A stretch of DNA of 64,000 nucleotides from a virus: the IMG/VR virus record IMGVR_UViG_3300023215_000707, positions 1,150 to 65,149 of that record. The stretch is one strand, 5' to 3'. The position numbers were made by a program, and so were the translations under genes. Below, piece by piece: positions 45,796 to 56,571 of the stretch; the stretch's first letter is position 1, and each line of letters begins with the position of its first letter. The notes below the pieces were generated by a model, which saw only the letters and a program-made list of their open reading frames with translations, made no database searches and had not been told where the DNA came from.

Positions 45796-47895
45796 ATGAG
45801 TTGGCAATTACTTTTGCTAAAGGCTAAAGTTAAGTTACCTAAAGATGATGATAGTGTTTGGGCAAATCAAATCTTAAGAACTGAGGCTTTAACTGATGGT
45901 TTTATTTCCGATATTAAAGCGGGAAATTTTGACCTAAAGGGTATTGATTCCACGTTAGCAGAATTGCGCTTTTGGAAAGAAAACCCCAATAATGCTGAAA
46001 GTAGAGAAGAGATAAGGACATTGCGACAAGTAAGGGAATTTGATGTTTCTCCCCAACAATTACAGAATAGAATTAAAAGAATAATTACTGAGGTTTTGCC
46101 TGTTTTAGAGGGGAAAAGGAAAGGTGGTAAACAAAAAGCAGGGCAAAAAGGGGGAAAGGCCCGAAAATATGATATTTCTAAAGAAAGCATTAGTGAAGTA
46201 TTAGATACCTTTGAGGAATTAACAGAAGAAGAACAACATTTTTACATTAAATATTGGAATAGGGTATTTATAGATAAAAGGAAACATGATGAGTATAAAC
46301 CATTTTTAAGTCATAAATATTCTACAATGATGAAGCCAATATTAGAAAAGATTACTCTTGCTGATATTGATATAGAAGGGGATTTATCTTTATTAGATGC
46401 TAGAGTTGTAACTGTTAAATCTAAAGATGATTTAACCCGATTTGGTTTTAGTGAAGAAAAAGGATTTTGGAAGAAGATTGTAGATAAAAAACAAACGATT
46501 AGCACTAGAGGAGAACTTGTAGATAATGTTAGAATGGAAAAACTGCCCAATTTTGCGCCGCTACCAATTACTAAAATCTTTGGTTTGGTTAAGAAAATTA
46601 AAGATGATATTACAGTAGAAGAATATACCATGCAAGAACCCTTTACTGCTGGCACTGCTTTAAAATATCTTAATACTATTGAACATCATACAGAATTATT
46701 TCTTACTAAAAATATAAAAGAGGCTAAAAAGGCCGCAGGTGTGGGAAAAACTGTTCATTTTGTGGATAAATATTTACGGGGGATTCTAGAGTTAGAAGAG
46801 GAAGATTTAGATAATTTTGCAGAATCTTTTATCAAAAGTATGGAAACCAAAATTGTTTCAACTGCTAAGTTGCAAGGCTATTATGCTCGTATGATTCATA
46901 ATGCCTTAAAAGATAGTAATTGGTATTGGAAAGATTTTGGGGAAGAATCTTATGATTCCGTTAAACACGCTATTTTCAAAGAATTGACTGGAAGAGATGG
47001 AATATTTAAGGATAAATTTAACGAAGTTAAAAGGAAAATTGAGGAAGGTCAAAAAAGAGAAAAAAGGGCAGGTGTTACCCCTAGTCAAAAGGAATTTATA
47101 GAATTAATTATAACAACGGATTTAGATAATAATTTATTTGAGAGCATAGATGATGTTGCAGAAGAGTTGATTGAAAAATTAAAAGAGGCTTCTCCTACAT
47201 TTAGAGGAGATGAAATAAAAATAGGAGAGCAATCTTTAGAGTTTTTTACAACTACTCAAAAGGATTTGATATTAGAAGTTTTAACGATGGTGGATTCCTT
47301 ACCCGATAGTGCTAATTTAAAAGAAGAATGGGAAGAGATACAAGATGAGAATGAAGAGGTTGAAACTCAACTACGAGATTTTTTGGCTCAACAAGAACAA
47401 GAATATGAAGTTGAATTTAATAAGGATGTTTTTTCAACCACGTTAGAAAAACAATTTGCTGAAATAATTTACAAAGTGTTACAATCGGATGAACGTCTTG
47501 ATGATGTATTAAGTGGAGAAGTAGTATTTTCAAAAAATGTTATGGCTGGTTTCAATTTCACCGATATAGTTAATGCAATTATTGTTCTTGATGATATTTA
47601 CCATACTGGTAATAATTTAGGTCAAACTATTATAGAATTGGAAGAGGGAAGAGAAGAAGATTTGGATTTTAATGTTGATTCTCCACCATTAGTAGAAGAA
47701 ATAAAACAATTTACTGGGCAGTTCGTTAATGCTATTCCCCAATTACGCACAAAAATTACTCAAGATGTTGAAGATAAAGTTAAAGATATTATTGCACACC
47801 CCCTACATTATAAGAAGGAAGCGGCAAAGGGGAAAACAATCTTTAAAGAATTAATTAGGAAGGGTATTATAGAGGTGAAATCTAATGAAGTATGA
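45796..47895 (+). CDS. Large acidic probable virion protein
   Basis: MSWQLLLLKAK; about 700 aa, helical. Confidence 0.6.
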   Translation: MSWQLLLLKAKVKLPKDDDSVWANQILRTEALTDGFISDIKAGNFDLKGIDSTLAELRFWKENPNNAESREEIRTLRQVREFDVSPQQLQNRIKRIITEVLPVLEGKRKGGKQKAGQKGGKARKYDISKESISEVLDTFEELTEEEQHFYIKYWNRVFIDKRKHDEYKPFLSHKYSTMMKPILEKITLADIDIEGDLSLLDARVVTVKSKDDLTRFGFSEEKGFWKKIVDKKQTISTRGELVDNVRMEKLPNFAPLPITKIFGLVKKIKDDITVEEYTMQEPFTAGTALKYLNTIEHHTELFLTKNIKEAKKAAGVGKTVHFVDKYLRGILELEEEDLDNFAESFIKSMETKIVSTAKLQGYYARMIHNALKDSNWYWKDFGEESYDSVKHAIFKELTGRDGIFKDKFNEVKRKIEEGQKREKRAGVTPSQKEFIELIITTDLDNNLFESIDDVAEELIEKLKEASPTFRGDEIKIGEQSLEFFTTTQKDLILEVLTMVDSLPDSANLKEEWEEIQDENEEVETQLRDFLAQQEQEYEVEFNKDVFSTTLEKQFAEIIYKVLQSDERLDDVLSGEVVFSKNVMAGFNFTDIVNAIIVLDDIYHTGNNLGQTIIELEEGREEDLDFNVDSPPLVEEIKQFTGQFVNAIPQLRTKITQDVEDKVKDIIAHPLHYKKEAAKGKTIFKELIRKGIIEVKSNEV

Positions 47896-50374
47896 TAAAG
47901 AATTTTTAAATTCTCTTAAAGATGATATAAAACAAAGTGGATGGACTAGAGATATTCGTATTAAATTACTCGACCATTTGGCTCAACAAAATCCTCAAAG
48001 CGACCCTACTGAAAGAAGGGAAAAGATGCGTGAATTAAAACAATATATCCTTTCACCTTCTAAAGCCCATCCAATAGAAGAAATGTTACCTATTGAGGAA
48101 GAAGAAGAAAAGAAAGTATTTCAGGAAGCCACCTTTGATAGAAAATTTAAAACATATTTTCTGTATAAAAATGCTCCTTTGAAAATTGCTGATATGAGAC
48201 AAGAAGGTTTCAAATCTTCTCTTGTTAAAACTAAAGGTGAAGCGTTGCGACAAGATTTAGGAGATTTCTTTAGAAATGTTGCTGAATTATTGCAATCGGA
48301 TGATGTTGCCTTTGAAAATTTAAAATCATTAATTGGAATTTATAATAGAGATAATGAATTGAAGACTAGGGCAGATAAAGAAGCCCAAACTTATGTTGAT
48401 ATTGGATGGGCAGATGAAATTGGAGATATGCAATTAAGTAGATGGTCTTCTAGAGATAAAATTTACAATTATTGGGCTAATATATATGGTAGGTTTGATG
48501 ATTTAGAAACATCAGTAAAGGAATTTTTGCAACAGGCAGAACTGTTAGAAGAGTCGGACTTTAATAAAGATAAAAAGAATGCATTTAAGGAATTTCATGC
48601 TGATGTTGATAAATTGAGTCGATTTGTAAATGAAAAGCGTTTGAATAATTATGTATTACATTTATCAAAGTTTGAAACTTCTACCCCTGATACTTTAACT
48701 AAAGCAATTAAAATAATGAATTTATTTAGTAAATTAGGGGGGGTAATTAAACCCGAAAAGGAAAAAGGAAAAGAAAAGGGAGCAGATTGGTCTAAAGACC
48801 CCGAAGGCGCAAGGGTAAGTGGGTGGGTTGACCCAACTCAAGAAAATCTAATAGAAGATTTACTTGATGATTTTAAAGAGCGTAAAGGTGGGATGGTGAA
48901 AATTGAACTAGACCCTATTCAATGGTATGAAAACCATAAAGATTTTGAAAGTATTAAAATTTCCGAAATTGAATTACACCAAATAGAAGAGTTGATTACT
49001 GGTAGTGAAGATAGGGGTGGATTAAAGCATTTCCTTTTTGACGAATATCCTCAATATAAAGCGTCTTTTGAAAAATGGTATGAAGATTTTAAGAAACAAA
49101 GTATGTTAAGTGAGGAAGATAAAGAAGGATTTTATCTTCCAGTATCTCCATTTATTATTGAGCAGGGTAGAAAAATTGGTTATGATAAAATAGAAGATGA
49201 AAAAGGTCGAAAAAGAGCAAGCGCAATGGATAATTTAGAAGATGATACTATTGAATTTTTAGAATTAGTTGTGGAAATTGATAAATCAGCCACAGATTCT
49301 TTTTCTGTATATCAAAGAAAAATGACTGGTAAAAACCCCGATAGAATAATGGTTGAAACTTTTAAAGAAAGAAAAAGACCGGCAGTGAGAGGTAAAGGAA
49401 CAAGATATATACCGGAAAAACTTGATGGTGCTTGGAATAATATGATAAAACAAATTAATTTATATTATTTAATGCCAGCAAGTAGTAAATACGTTGTTCA
49501 ACAGAAAGAAAGACCGAGATGGGTTAAAGGTCGTCAAGGGTTAATATTGGCTCTTAAGGAAGCCAAATTAAATCCAATAGGGGCATTTCTTGACCGAACT
49601 TTAGATTATGGTTTAGAAGGAATTACTGCTAGGCAAATAAATAATTTAACTGATTTTATTGATATGGTTCGTCAAGGTGGTGTTAAAAATTTCCGCCAAA
49701 CGGATATATATAGAAGTGCTAAAAGAGCAGTAACTACTTTGAATAAATTATTTGGGAAGGAATTTTCTCAAAAGAATAAACAATCTATTGGAAGCCTTAT
49801 TTACGATATAGGAGAAAAAACTGGCTATATTGATAAAATGAGAGAAGAAGTTAAAGAAATTCCATTATTTATGGGAGAAGATTTAGCAATTCTTGATGCT
49901 GAATATCAAGAACAACAAGGAAAACAACATCTTTATCCAATTGATATGCTTAGATTTGCTGTTGAATCTCCAGAATTTACTGCATGGCTTGGTATATCGG
50001 AAGATAGAGATATTTGGGAAGAAAAACTAGGTCAAGAATCAATGTTACCACCAGCCACAGTTAAAGCCTTAATTAAATTAAAAAATACATTAGAAACATT
50101 TCACAATATGGATAGAATAAATGAGAGTTTATTATATGCTCACGATACTATTAGGAAAATGGAGAATAGACCTATATTACATGCTTCTTTATCATTAGTA
50201 GATATTACACATATGGATAAAATTCTCACTAAGATGGAAATTGAATATGATTTAGATTTAACTGTAACTGAAATTAATAAAATTGTCGATGCAGTTGCTT
50301 CTTATGATTCTATTGCTAGAAATTATGGTATTAATGAAGATGCCGTTTATACAATTAAATCAATGTTTAGGTGA
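47885..50374 (+). CDS. Large probable virion protein (829 aa)
   Basis: Long ORF in the head module. Confidence 0.6.
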   Translation: MKYDKEFLNSLKDDIKQSGWTRDIRIKLLDHLAQQNPQSDPTERREKMRELKQYILSPSKAHPIEEMLPIEEEEEKKVFQEATFDRKFKTYFLYKNAPLKIADMRQEGFKSSLVKTKGEALRQDLGDFFRNVAELLQSDDVAFENLKSLIGIYNRDNELKTRADKEAQTYVDIGWADEIGDMQLSRWSSRDKIYNYWANIYGRFDDLETSVKEFLQQAELLEESDFNKDKKNAFKEFHADVDKLSRFVNEKRLNNYVLHLSKFETSTPDTLTKAIKIMNLFSKLGGVIKPEKEKGKEKGADWSKDPEGARVSGWVDPTQENLIEDLLDDFKERKGGMVKIELDPIQWYENHKDFESIKISEIELHQIEELITGSEDRGGLKHFLFDEYPQYKASFEKWYEDFKKQSMLSEEDKEGFYLPVSPFIIEQGRKIGYDKIEDEKGRKRASAMDNLEDDTIEFLELVVEIDKSATDSFSVYQRKMTGKNPDRIMVETFKERKRPAVRGKGTRYIPEKLDGAWNNMIKQINLYYLMPASSKYVVQQKERPRWVKGRQGLILALKEAKLNPIGAFLDRTLDYGLEGITARQINNLTDFIDMVRQGGVKNFRQTDIYRSAKRAVTTLNKLFGKEFSQKNKQSIGSLIYDIGEKTGYIDKMREEVKEIPLFMGEDLAILDAEYQEQQGKQHLYPIDMLRFAVESPEFTAWLGISEDRDIWEEKLGQESMLPPATVKALIKLKNTLETFHNMDRINESLLYAHDTIRKMENRPILHASLSLVDITHMDKILTKMEIEYDLDLTVTEINKIVDAVASYDSIARNYGINEDAVYTIKSMFR

Positions 50375-50378
50375 TTAT

Positions 50379-50912
50379 GTGGTGAAGGAACTTCCCGATG
50401 GCATTCATCATATGACTATGGATAGTGCCGTTGAATTATGGAATGAAGATAATCCTAATGATTTATATTCAAGAGGGGGAACTTTTCATTCCATTAGTGG
50501 GGATTTAGAAAACTGGTTAATTAGAGTAGTTAATGGAGAAGTCATTGGTCTTTCAGGTTTTACTATTCAGGGTTCTTTTGCTTATGTTGGTGGAAATAAA
50601 GCAAGAGAAGGAACTAAAGGAACTATGGTGGCTATTACTGAAGAAAGAGAAAAATGGATTCAAAAAAGACCTAAAGTTGCTGGTTTTAATGCTAAAAGAG
50701 GTAGTCAAGAAACATGGATGGCGAAATTAAGAGAGTGGGAATGGAATATAAATCCAGACCAATATGAGGGTGTTCCTGAAGAAGTTATTACTACAATGAA
50801 AGAAAAATATGGGGAAAATTGGGGTATTAAAAAGGGAATATTTTGGAAAGATATTCTTTTTAAAGATGAAATATTAATTAGAAAAGATTGGAGATATGAA
50901 ATTTTATTATAA
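50379..50912 (+). CDS. GNAT-like acetyltransferase
   Basis: WLIRVVNGEVIGLSGF...AYVGG..AR..GTM strand pattern; GTG start after GGTGA; C-terminal WKDILFK. Confidence 0.45.
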   Translation: MVKELPDGIHHMTMDSAVELWNEDNPNDLYSRGGTFHSISGDLENWLIRVVNGEVIGLSGFTIQGSFAYVGGNKAREGTKGTMVAITEEREKWIQKRPKVAGFNAKRGSQETWMAKLREWEWNINPDQYEGVPEEVITTMKEKYGENWGIKKGIFWKDILFKDEILIRKDWRYEILL

Positions 50913-50915
50913 GGG

Positions 50916-52370
50916 ATGAATATGTTAGAAGAATTAGATTTTGGGCAAAAAATGGATATGGAATTATCCAAAACTTCCTTTCCATATTTTTTTACAGAAG
51001 TTCTTGGGTTTGATTTTACCCCATTTCATGAAGAATGGTTGGAATTAGTAAATACTACTGATAGGACTGTTATTGTTTGTAGTCGTGATTTTGGTAAATC
51101 AGTATTTATGCATTCATGGGCAGTTTGGCAATTATGTTTCCAGCCGCCGCCATATCAAATGTTATACATTTCTTCTAATCATAAACAGACTATGGTTCAT
51201 ATGAGAGAAATAGATAAGATGTTTAATAATCCAATAATTACCCATTTTAAACCTTCAAGGGGGTGGGCTGTGGGAAATATTACTCTTACAAATGGTAATT
51301 CAATTCTTGAAAGGTCAATTGGTTCTCAAATTCGTGGACTTCATCCACAAGAAATTATTATTGACGACCCTCTAAAAGAATTTAATTTAACGGCCATTAA
51401 AAAAGTAACTGATTGGTTCTTCGGAGATATGATTCCAACTCTCCACCATACAGCCTCATTAAGAATGATTGGAACACCATTTACTTATACGGATATTTTT
51501 TCATTATTAGCCAGTGAAGAATATTCTAAAGCCTATACTGTTAGAAATTATCCTTGCCTTAATCAAAATAATGAATCTCTTTGGCCTAAAAGGTGGTCTT
51601 ATGAAAAACTCATGCAAAGAAAGGCAGAAGTTGGTTCATTAAAATTTACAAGAGAATATCTTTGCATTCCTATTTCAACTGGAACAGCATTATTCAGTCA
51701 AGAACATATAGATAAATGTAAGAAAGCAGGGAAGAAAGATATTTTACATCTACGTCATAGGAAAGACGCTGGTTACAAGTATTATGCAGGAGTGGACCCA
51801 GCCATTTCAACTGATGGGGATTACAATGTTATTATTGTTCTTGAAGTGGATGAACACCGCAATAAACGAATAATTTATGTTGATAGGCAGAAAAATGTTG
51901 AATTTAGAGAAAATATCAATAAAATAAAATTTATTGGAAGATTATTTGAACCAGATATTATTTATTTTGAAACTAATGCTTTTGCTAAATCATTTACTCA
52001 AGAATTACGCAATGAAACTGATTTAAATGTTAGAGATATAACTATGACTCGACGTAAAAAAGAAGAAATTATTCTTAATCTTCAAATGAATATCGAAAAT
52101 ACTAAAATTATTTTTCCTAGAGGTAATGACGAATCTCGTAAAGTAACTGATAATATAATTGAAGAGTTATCTATGTTCAGTATTACAGATACGGGAAAAT
52201 TTGAGGGGGTTGGGGCGCATGATGATTTAGTTATGGGGTTGGCTTTAGCCAATTCTGCTACCCATGATATGTTAGAATCGTTTGTTTTGTTGGAAGACAT
52301 GGGAATATTTGATAGCCCTAGTCCACAGGAACAGATATTGGGGGGTGGATTATTTGGTCTTAATTTCTAA
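50916..52370 (+). CDS. terL: Terminase large subunit
   Basis: SRDFGKS, IIIDDP, coupling motif GTP, nuclease GVDPA, FETN, HDDLVM. Confidence 0.92.
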   Translation: MNMLEELDFGQKMDMELSKTSFPYFFTEVLGFDFTPFHEEWLELVNTTDRTVIVCSRDFGKSVFMHSWAVWQLCFQPPPYQMLYISSNHKQTMVHMREIDKMFNNPIITHFKPSRGWAVGNITLTNGNSILERSIGSQIRGLHPQEIIIDDPLKEFNLTAIKKVTDWFFGDMIPTLHHTASLRMIGTPFTYTDIFSLLASEEYSKAYTVRNYPCLNQNNESLWPKRWSYEKLMQRKAEVGSLKFTREYLCIPISTGTALFSQEHIDKCKKAGKKDILHLRHRKDAGYKYYAGVDPAISTDGDYNVIIVLEVDEHRNKRIIYVDRQKNVEFRENINKIKFIGRLFEPDIIYFETNAFAKSFTQELRNETDLNVRDITMTRRKKEEIILNLQMNIENTKIIFPRGNDESRKVTDNIIEELSMFSITDTGKFEGVGAHDDLVMGLALANSATHDMLESFVLLEDMGIFDSPSPQEQILGGGLFGLNF

Positions 52371-54141
52371 AAATGAAGAAGGTGAAGAAGGTAAAAAACT
52401 TCGCTTAGAAGCAGAACATATTGGAGAATTAGCAATTTTGGCAGATAAAAAAGACGAAGTTAAAGAAGATTTAGATAGTGTTCGTAATTGGATAAGCACC
52501 CTTCCAATTAATGATGATTATGAAATAGCCATTGGAATTTCTAAAAAATATAATGTGAATATTTCACAAGCGAAACGCTCTTTAGAATCATTTCCTAAAG
52601 AATATGTGATTAAAGAGAAAAAGATTCCAACACTTGTTAAAGATTTAAAGAAATTTAGAAGAACCCTGAAAGGTGAAGAAAAGATAGAATTTAGTAAAGG
52701 AATTGATAATTTAATTATGGCTTATTCCGACCACCTTTCAAATTGTATTAAATCAATATATTGGTTATCTCCATATGAAACCCCATTACGGCAAATGCGT
52801 TATACAGAAGCAGATTTAAAGAAAATACATTCAATTAAAGATAAAACAAATAGACGGGAAATAATTGAAAGCCTCTGTAAATATTGGGAAGCAGAATTAC
52901 ATAGAGGTGTAAATTACAATGAAGATTATTCTAAATTAAGTAAGAAAATGACTAAGGCTAAAAGAGAATTTAGGAAATGTATTAATAAAATTCCAATTCA
53001 CTCTATTAAGAAAAATATTTCTTCTCAATTAGATGATTTTGTATTGAAGTCAGTATGTGAAAATCAGGGAATTTCCGCAAGAAATATTTATGATAAATTG
53101 CCTTCTAAATTGCATCGGAGAAGTTCTACACAGATGATTTGTAAGGTTGCAGATAGGTTGGATATTACTAATATTGAAGGTGAATATTATAAATTAACAG
53201 ATGAAATTAAAAAAGACCTGTATGCCTATACTGCCGCTTTTATAGATTCGGATGGTTATATTACAATGGATAGAAACCACAACCCAAGAATAGGTATGGT
53301 TGCTACTGGAAATCGTGGAAAAGCCTTCGTTACTGAGTTACACAAAGAATTAGGAATTGGTAAATTACATTTAGACCAAAAATCCCCACAAGGAACTCGC
53401 CCTGTAAATAGACTTAATTTTTATTCACAAGGAGATATTACAACATTAATTGGAAAATGTAGACCTTATTTTCGTATGAAGGGAGCCAATGCTGATATTC
53501 TTACAGAATTAATTCGTATTAAGAAAAACCATAAGAAAGAGCCTTGGGCTAAAGAAAGAATGACTGAACTGTTTAAATTAATGAAATGGGCTAATCATGC
53601 AGACCATGTAAATTATGATTTTTCTAAAGATGATATTGATATTGAAAATATTTCTAAATATAAAGATAATTGTAAAATGAATACTATGACTGAATTAGAA
53701 AGTATTGTTAAATCGGATAAAGTTAATCGAGCAATTAAAGAATGGATTATTGAACCTTCAGTCAATTTGTCTGCCGTCCCTGCTTATTTTAAAGATAAAG
53801 TGCATTTCATGTATATACCAGATATGGTTAATACAATTGTTAATCAATTAACAGATAAGGAAAAAGAAATAATTAATAATTTAAACGAGGATGAATCTGG
53901 AATTTCTTTTGTTAGATTTCCACAATCAGTTATAGATAAAATAATGAATGTTGTTAAGTTATGGGAAGATAAATGGGATAAATGGGCAGAAACAAATAAA
54001 GGTAATGTCGATGAAGTAATAAATGACCTTGAAGAAATTGAAGAGGAAAATGAACTTACTGAACATGAATGGTCTAGTGTTGATGATGCAAGTGATTATT
54101 TATTTGAACATAAAGGGCCAAAAGGAGATGAGGGAGAATGA
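52345..54141 (+). CDS. Multidomain protein with wHTH and LAGLIDADG domain
   Basis: YTAAFIDSDGYITM at 53227-53268; GTG start overlapping the terL end. Confidence 0.75.
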   Translation: MDYLVLISKNEEGEEGKKLRLEAEHIGELAILADKKDEVKEDLDSVRNWISTLPINDDYEIAIGISKKYNVNISQAKRSLESFPKEYVIKEKKIPTLVKDLKKFRRTLKGEEKIEFSKGIDNLIMAYSDHLSNCIKSIYWLSPYETPLRQMRYTEADLKKIHSIKDKTNRREIIESLCKYWEAELHRGVNYNEDYSKLSKKMTKAKREFRKCINKIPIHSIKKNISSQLDDFVLKSVCENQGISARNIYDKLPSKLHRRSSTQMICKVADRLDITNIEGEYYKLTDEIKKDLYAYTAAFIDSDGYITMDRNHNPRIGMVATGNRGKAFVTELHKELGIGKLHLDQKSPQGTRPVNRLNFYSQGDITTLIGKCRPYFRMKGANADILTELIRIKKNHKKEPWAKERMTELFKLMKWANHADHVNYDFSKDDIDIENISKYKDNCKMNTMTELESIVKSDKVNRAIKEWIIEPSVNLSAVPAYFKDKVHFMYIPDMVNTIVNQLTDKEKEIINNLNEDESGISFVRFPQSVIDKIMNVVKLWEDKWDKWAETNKGNVDEVINDLEEIEEENELTEHEWSSVDDASDYLFEHKGPKGDEGE

Positions 54142-55784
54142 CGGAAAAGCGACGATTTTCAGTTATGAATTTTTTTAGGAAATCTACACCTGTTCCTTTA
54201 GACAGAGAAATTTATCAAATGGGCATTCAAGAACAGCATCATCCTTTAATGATGACTGGGCCAATTATTTACCATATTTCTCAAAGTTCTGTAATTTTGC
54301 GAACTTGTATTACCCAATTAAAGAATGAAATATTTAGAAGAGGATATGAATGGTCGTCTAAATTTGAATTGAAATGTGAAGATTGCGGAAAAGAACATGG
54401 TAATATTGTGGATAAATGTGCTGAATGTAAATCTAATAATTTACGAAAACCTGACCCTGCACAAAAAATATACGCAGATACTTTTCTACATTGTGAATAT
54501 GTAAATGAATCGGAACAAATGTTTATTGATATTCTTAAGGAATTAGAAGATGATTTGAATATCATGGATGACGCATATTTAGTTCTAGTCAAAGAATATT
54601 TCCTTGATGGCAATGGGCAGATTAAGGCGCATAGAATTAAACAATTATATAGGGCTGACCCAGTAACTATGGCTATTGTATGTGATGATGATGGCAATAA
54701 GGGTGGAAATGCTTTTACTTGTATTAATCATAGAGATATAATAGTTACAGAACCTTTTGAGAAATGTGATGAATGTGGATGTGAATTATTCCCTGTTCAT
54801 TATACTAATAGAGCGCATGGAGAAGAACAACATTTCATTAAAGGAGAAGTTCTTCATTTTAGTAAATATTCTCCTAGTAGATTATATGGGTCAAGTCCAA
54901 TCATTACTATGTGGAATCACTTAACAACTCTTATTGCTATGGAGAATTATATTAATCAAGCCTATACCAAAGCAAGAATGCCTAGAGGATTATTGGCTGT
55001 TCAAACTAGAAATATTGAATCTATGCGAACATTTTGGCGAGGTGTTAAAGAAAAGATGGAACAAGATGCCCATTTTATTCCAGTGATGGGTATTGAAGCA
55101 GAAAATGGGAAAGGTTCTGTTGAATGGATTAAATTTATGGATAGTTTAAAAGAAATGGATTATATGGCTGTTAAAGAAGATTTAAGAGATAGGATTTCAG
55201 CATTTTATGGTGTAAGTAAAATTTTCATGGCTGATAGTTCAACTAGTGGTGGATTAAATAATGAAGGTATGCAAATTCTTGTAACTAATCGTGCAGTTGA
55301 AATGGCGCAGAGTGTTTGGAATAAGTATGTATTTACATTTATTGTTAAACAATTTGGAATTACTGATTGGAATATTGTGCTACCACCTTCGGAAGAAGAA
55401 GATGAAATTGCTACAATGAGAAAGCGTGAAATTGAAGTTAATATTGCAGGGCAAATTAAGAATCTTGGATTTGAGGTAGATATGGATGAAGAAGGTAAAT
55501 TCATTTATACAAAACCTGAACCCCAACCCGAAGGAGAAGTTCAAGAAGAGGAAGAAATAGAACGTGACCCTTATGCTGGAACAGATATAGACCAATCACA
55601 ATTAGGGCAAATGATGGAAGCCGGAACTAAACCAACAATGGCCGAAGCAGGGCAACCAGCCAAAGTAAAAGCCGCAAGTCCTAAACCTAAAATGAGCGTA
55701 GGGCCACCTAATCGGAACAAAGGTTTACCAAAAGAAGCCGCAAATAATAATGTAGATAGAAGGACTGAAAGAGGCGGAATTTAA
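54138..55784 (+). CDS. Portal protein with Zn-ribbon insertions
   Basis: EVLHF...LYGSSP, P.GLL, I...YGV; CEDC..CAEC and C..H..CDEC inserts. Confidence 0.88.
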   Translation: MTEKRRFSVMNFFRKSTPVPLDREIYQMGIQEQHHPLMMTGPIIYHISQSSVILRTCITQLKNEIFRRGYEWSSKFELKCEDCGKEHGNIVDKCAECKSNNLRKPDPAQKIYADTFLHCEYVNESEQMFIDILKELEDDLNIMDDAYLVLVKEYFLDGNGQIKAHRIKQLYRADPVTMAIVCDDDGNKGGNAFTCINHRDIIVTEPFEKCDECGCELFPVHYTNRAHGEEQHFIKGEVLHFSKYSPSRLYGSSPIITMWNHLTTLIAMENYINQAYTKARMPRGLLAVQTRNIESMRTFWRGVKEKMEQDAHFIPVMGIEAENGKGSVEWIKFMDSLKEMDYMAVKEDLRDRISAFYGVSKIFMADSSTSGGLNNEGMQILVTNRAVEMAQSVWNKYVFTFIVKQFGITDWNIVLPPSEEEDEIATMRKREIEVNIAGQIKNLGFEVDMDEEGKFIYTKPEPQPEGEVQEEEEIERDPYAGTDIDQSQLGQMMEAGTKPTMAEAGQPAKVKAASPKPKMSVGPPNRNKGLPKEAANNNVDRRTERGGI

Positions 55785-56074
55785 TGAATTGGAAAAATAT
55801 ATTAAAAGAAATTACACCACCACAATTTAATAATATTGAAGAGATGGTTTTATGGATGTTGAATAACAACATTAAGAATGGTCGAGAGATTTCTAATAAA
55901 TGGCATGAAAATGTGGGTCAAAAGACGCAATATAGAGATGTAGAAACGCAGGGTTCGGTAACAGATAATGCAGTTATAATTCTTGAGCCTTTAACTAAAT
56001 ATATTACTAGAGATATGGGATTAAGAGAACAATGGATTAGTCTTTTACAACAAAAAAAGATAATGGGTGATTAA
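55784..56074 (+). CDS. Tagged hypothetical protein
   Basis: MNWKNILK. Confidence 0.65.
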   Translation: MNWKNILKEITPPQFNNIEEMVLWMLNNNIKNGREISNKWHENVGQKTQYRDVETQGSVTDNAVIILEPLTKYITRDMGLREQWISLLQQKKIMGD

Positions 56075-56075
56075 A

Positions 56076-56339
56076 ATGACTTGGGAAAAAATACTTAAAG
56101 AGAAAGTGCCTACATTTGAAGAAACAGGGGCCTTTGATGGGCCTTGGGAAGAGGATGAAAAAGAAACTATAACAATAGATAATGTGAAAGATTATTCACC
56201 AAAAGATATTTCTTCTTTATATTATAGTATTAAATTAATTATGCATAATGCGATGGGAAAGGGAGATAAAGCATTAGATATGAATAGTGCAGTTGAACTA
56301 ATTATTGGACAAGTAGAATCGTATCAAAAGGGGAAATAA
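56076..56339 (+). CDS. Tagged hypothetical protein
   Basis: MTWEKILK. Confidence 0.65.
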   Translation: MTWEKILKEKVPTFEETGAFDGPWEEDEKETITIDNVKDYSPKDISSLYYSIKLIMHNAMGKGDKALDMNSAVELIIGQVESYQKGK

Positions 56340-56340
56340 T

Positions 56341-56562
56341 ATGGTAACAAGAGAAGAAACGACAAAAATGAGAAAAAAACTAATGCAAGCAGAAAGGATT
56401 CTTACTCAGCAAGAAAGAGCGAAGATGGAAAATACTGATTACAGGCCAATGAATTTATCTAAAGAAAAGGATAGACCAGAACCTAAAACAAATGAAATTC
56501 CTAGTGTGATTCATTTGCCTAAACAAAGAAAACCTAAAAAGGAAAATATACCATTTTATTGA
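56341..56562 (+). CDS. Hypothetical protein
   Basis: In-operon ORF. Confidence 0.55.
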   Translation: MVTREETTKMRKKLMQAERILTQQERAKMENTDYRPMNLSKEKDRPEPKTNEIPSVIHLPKQRKPKKENIPFY

Positions 56563-56571
56563 GGGATAGTT

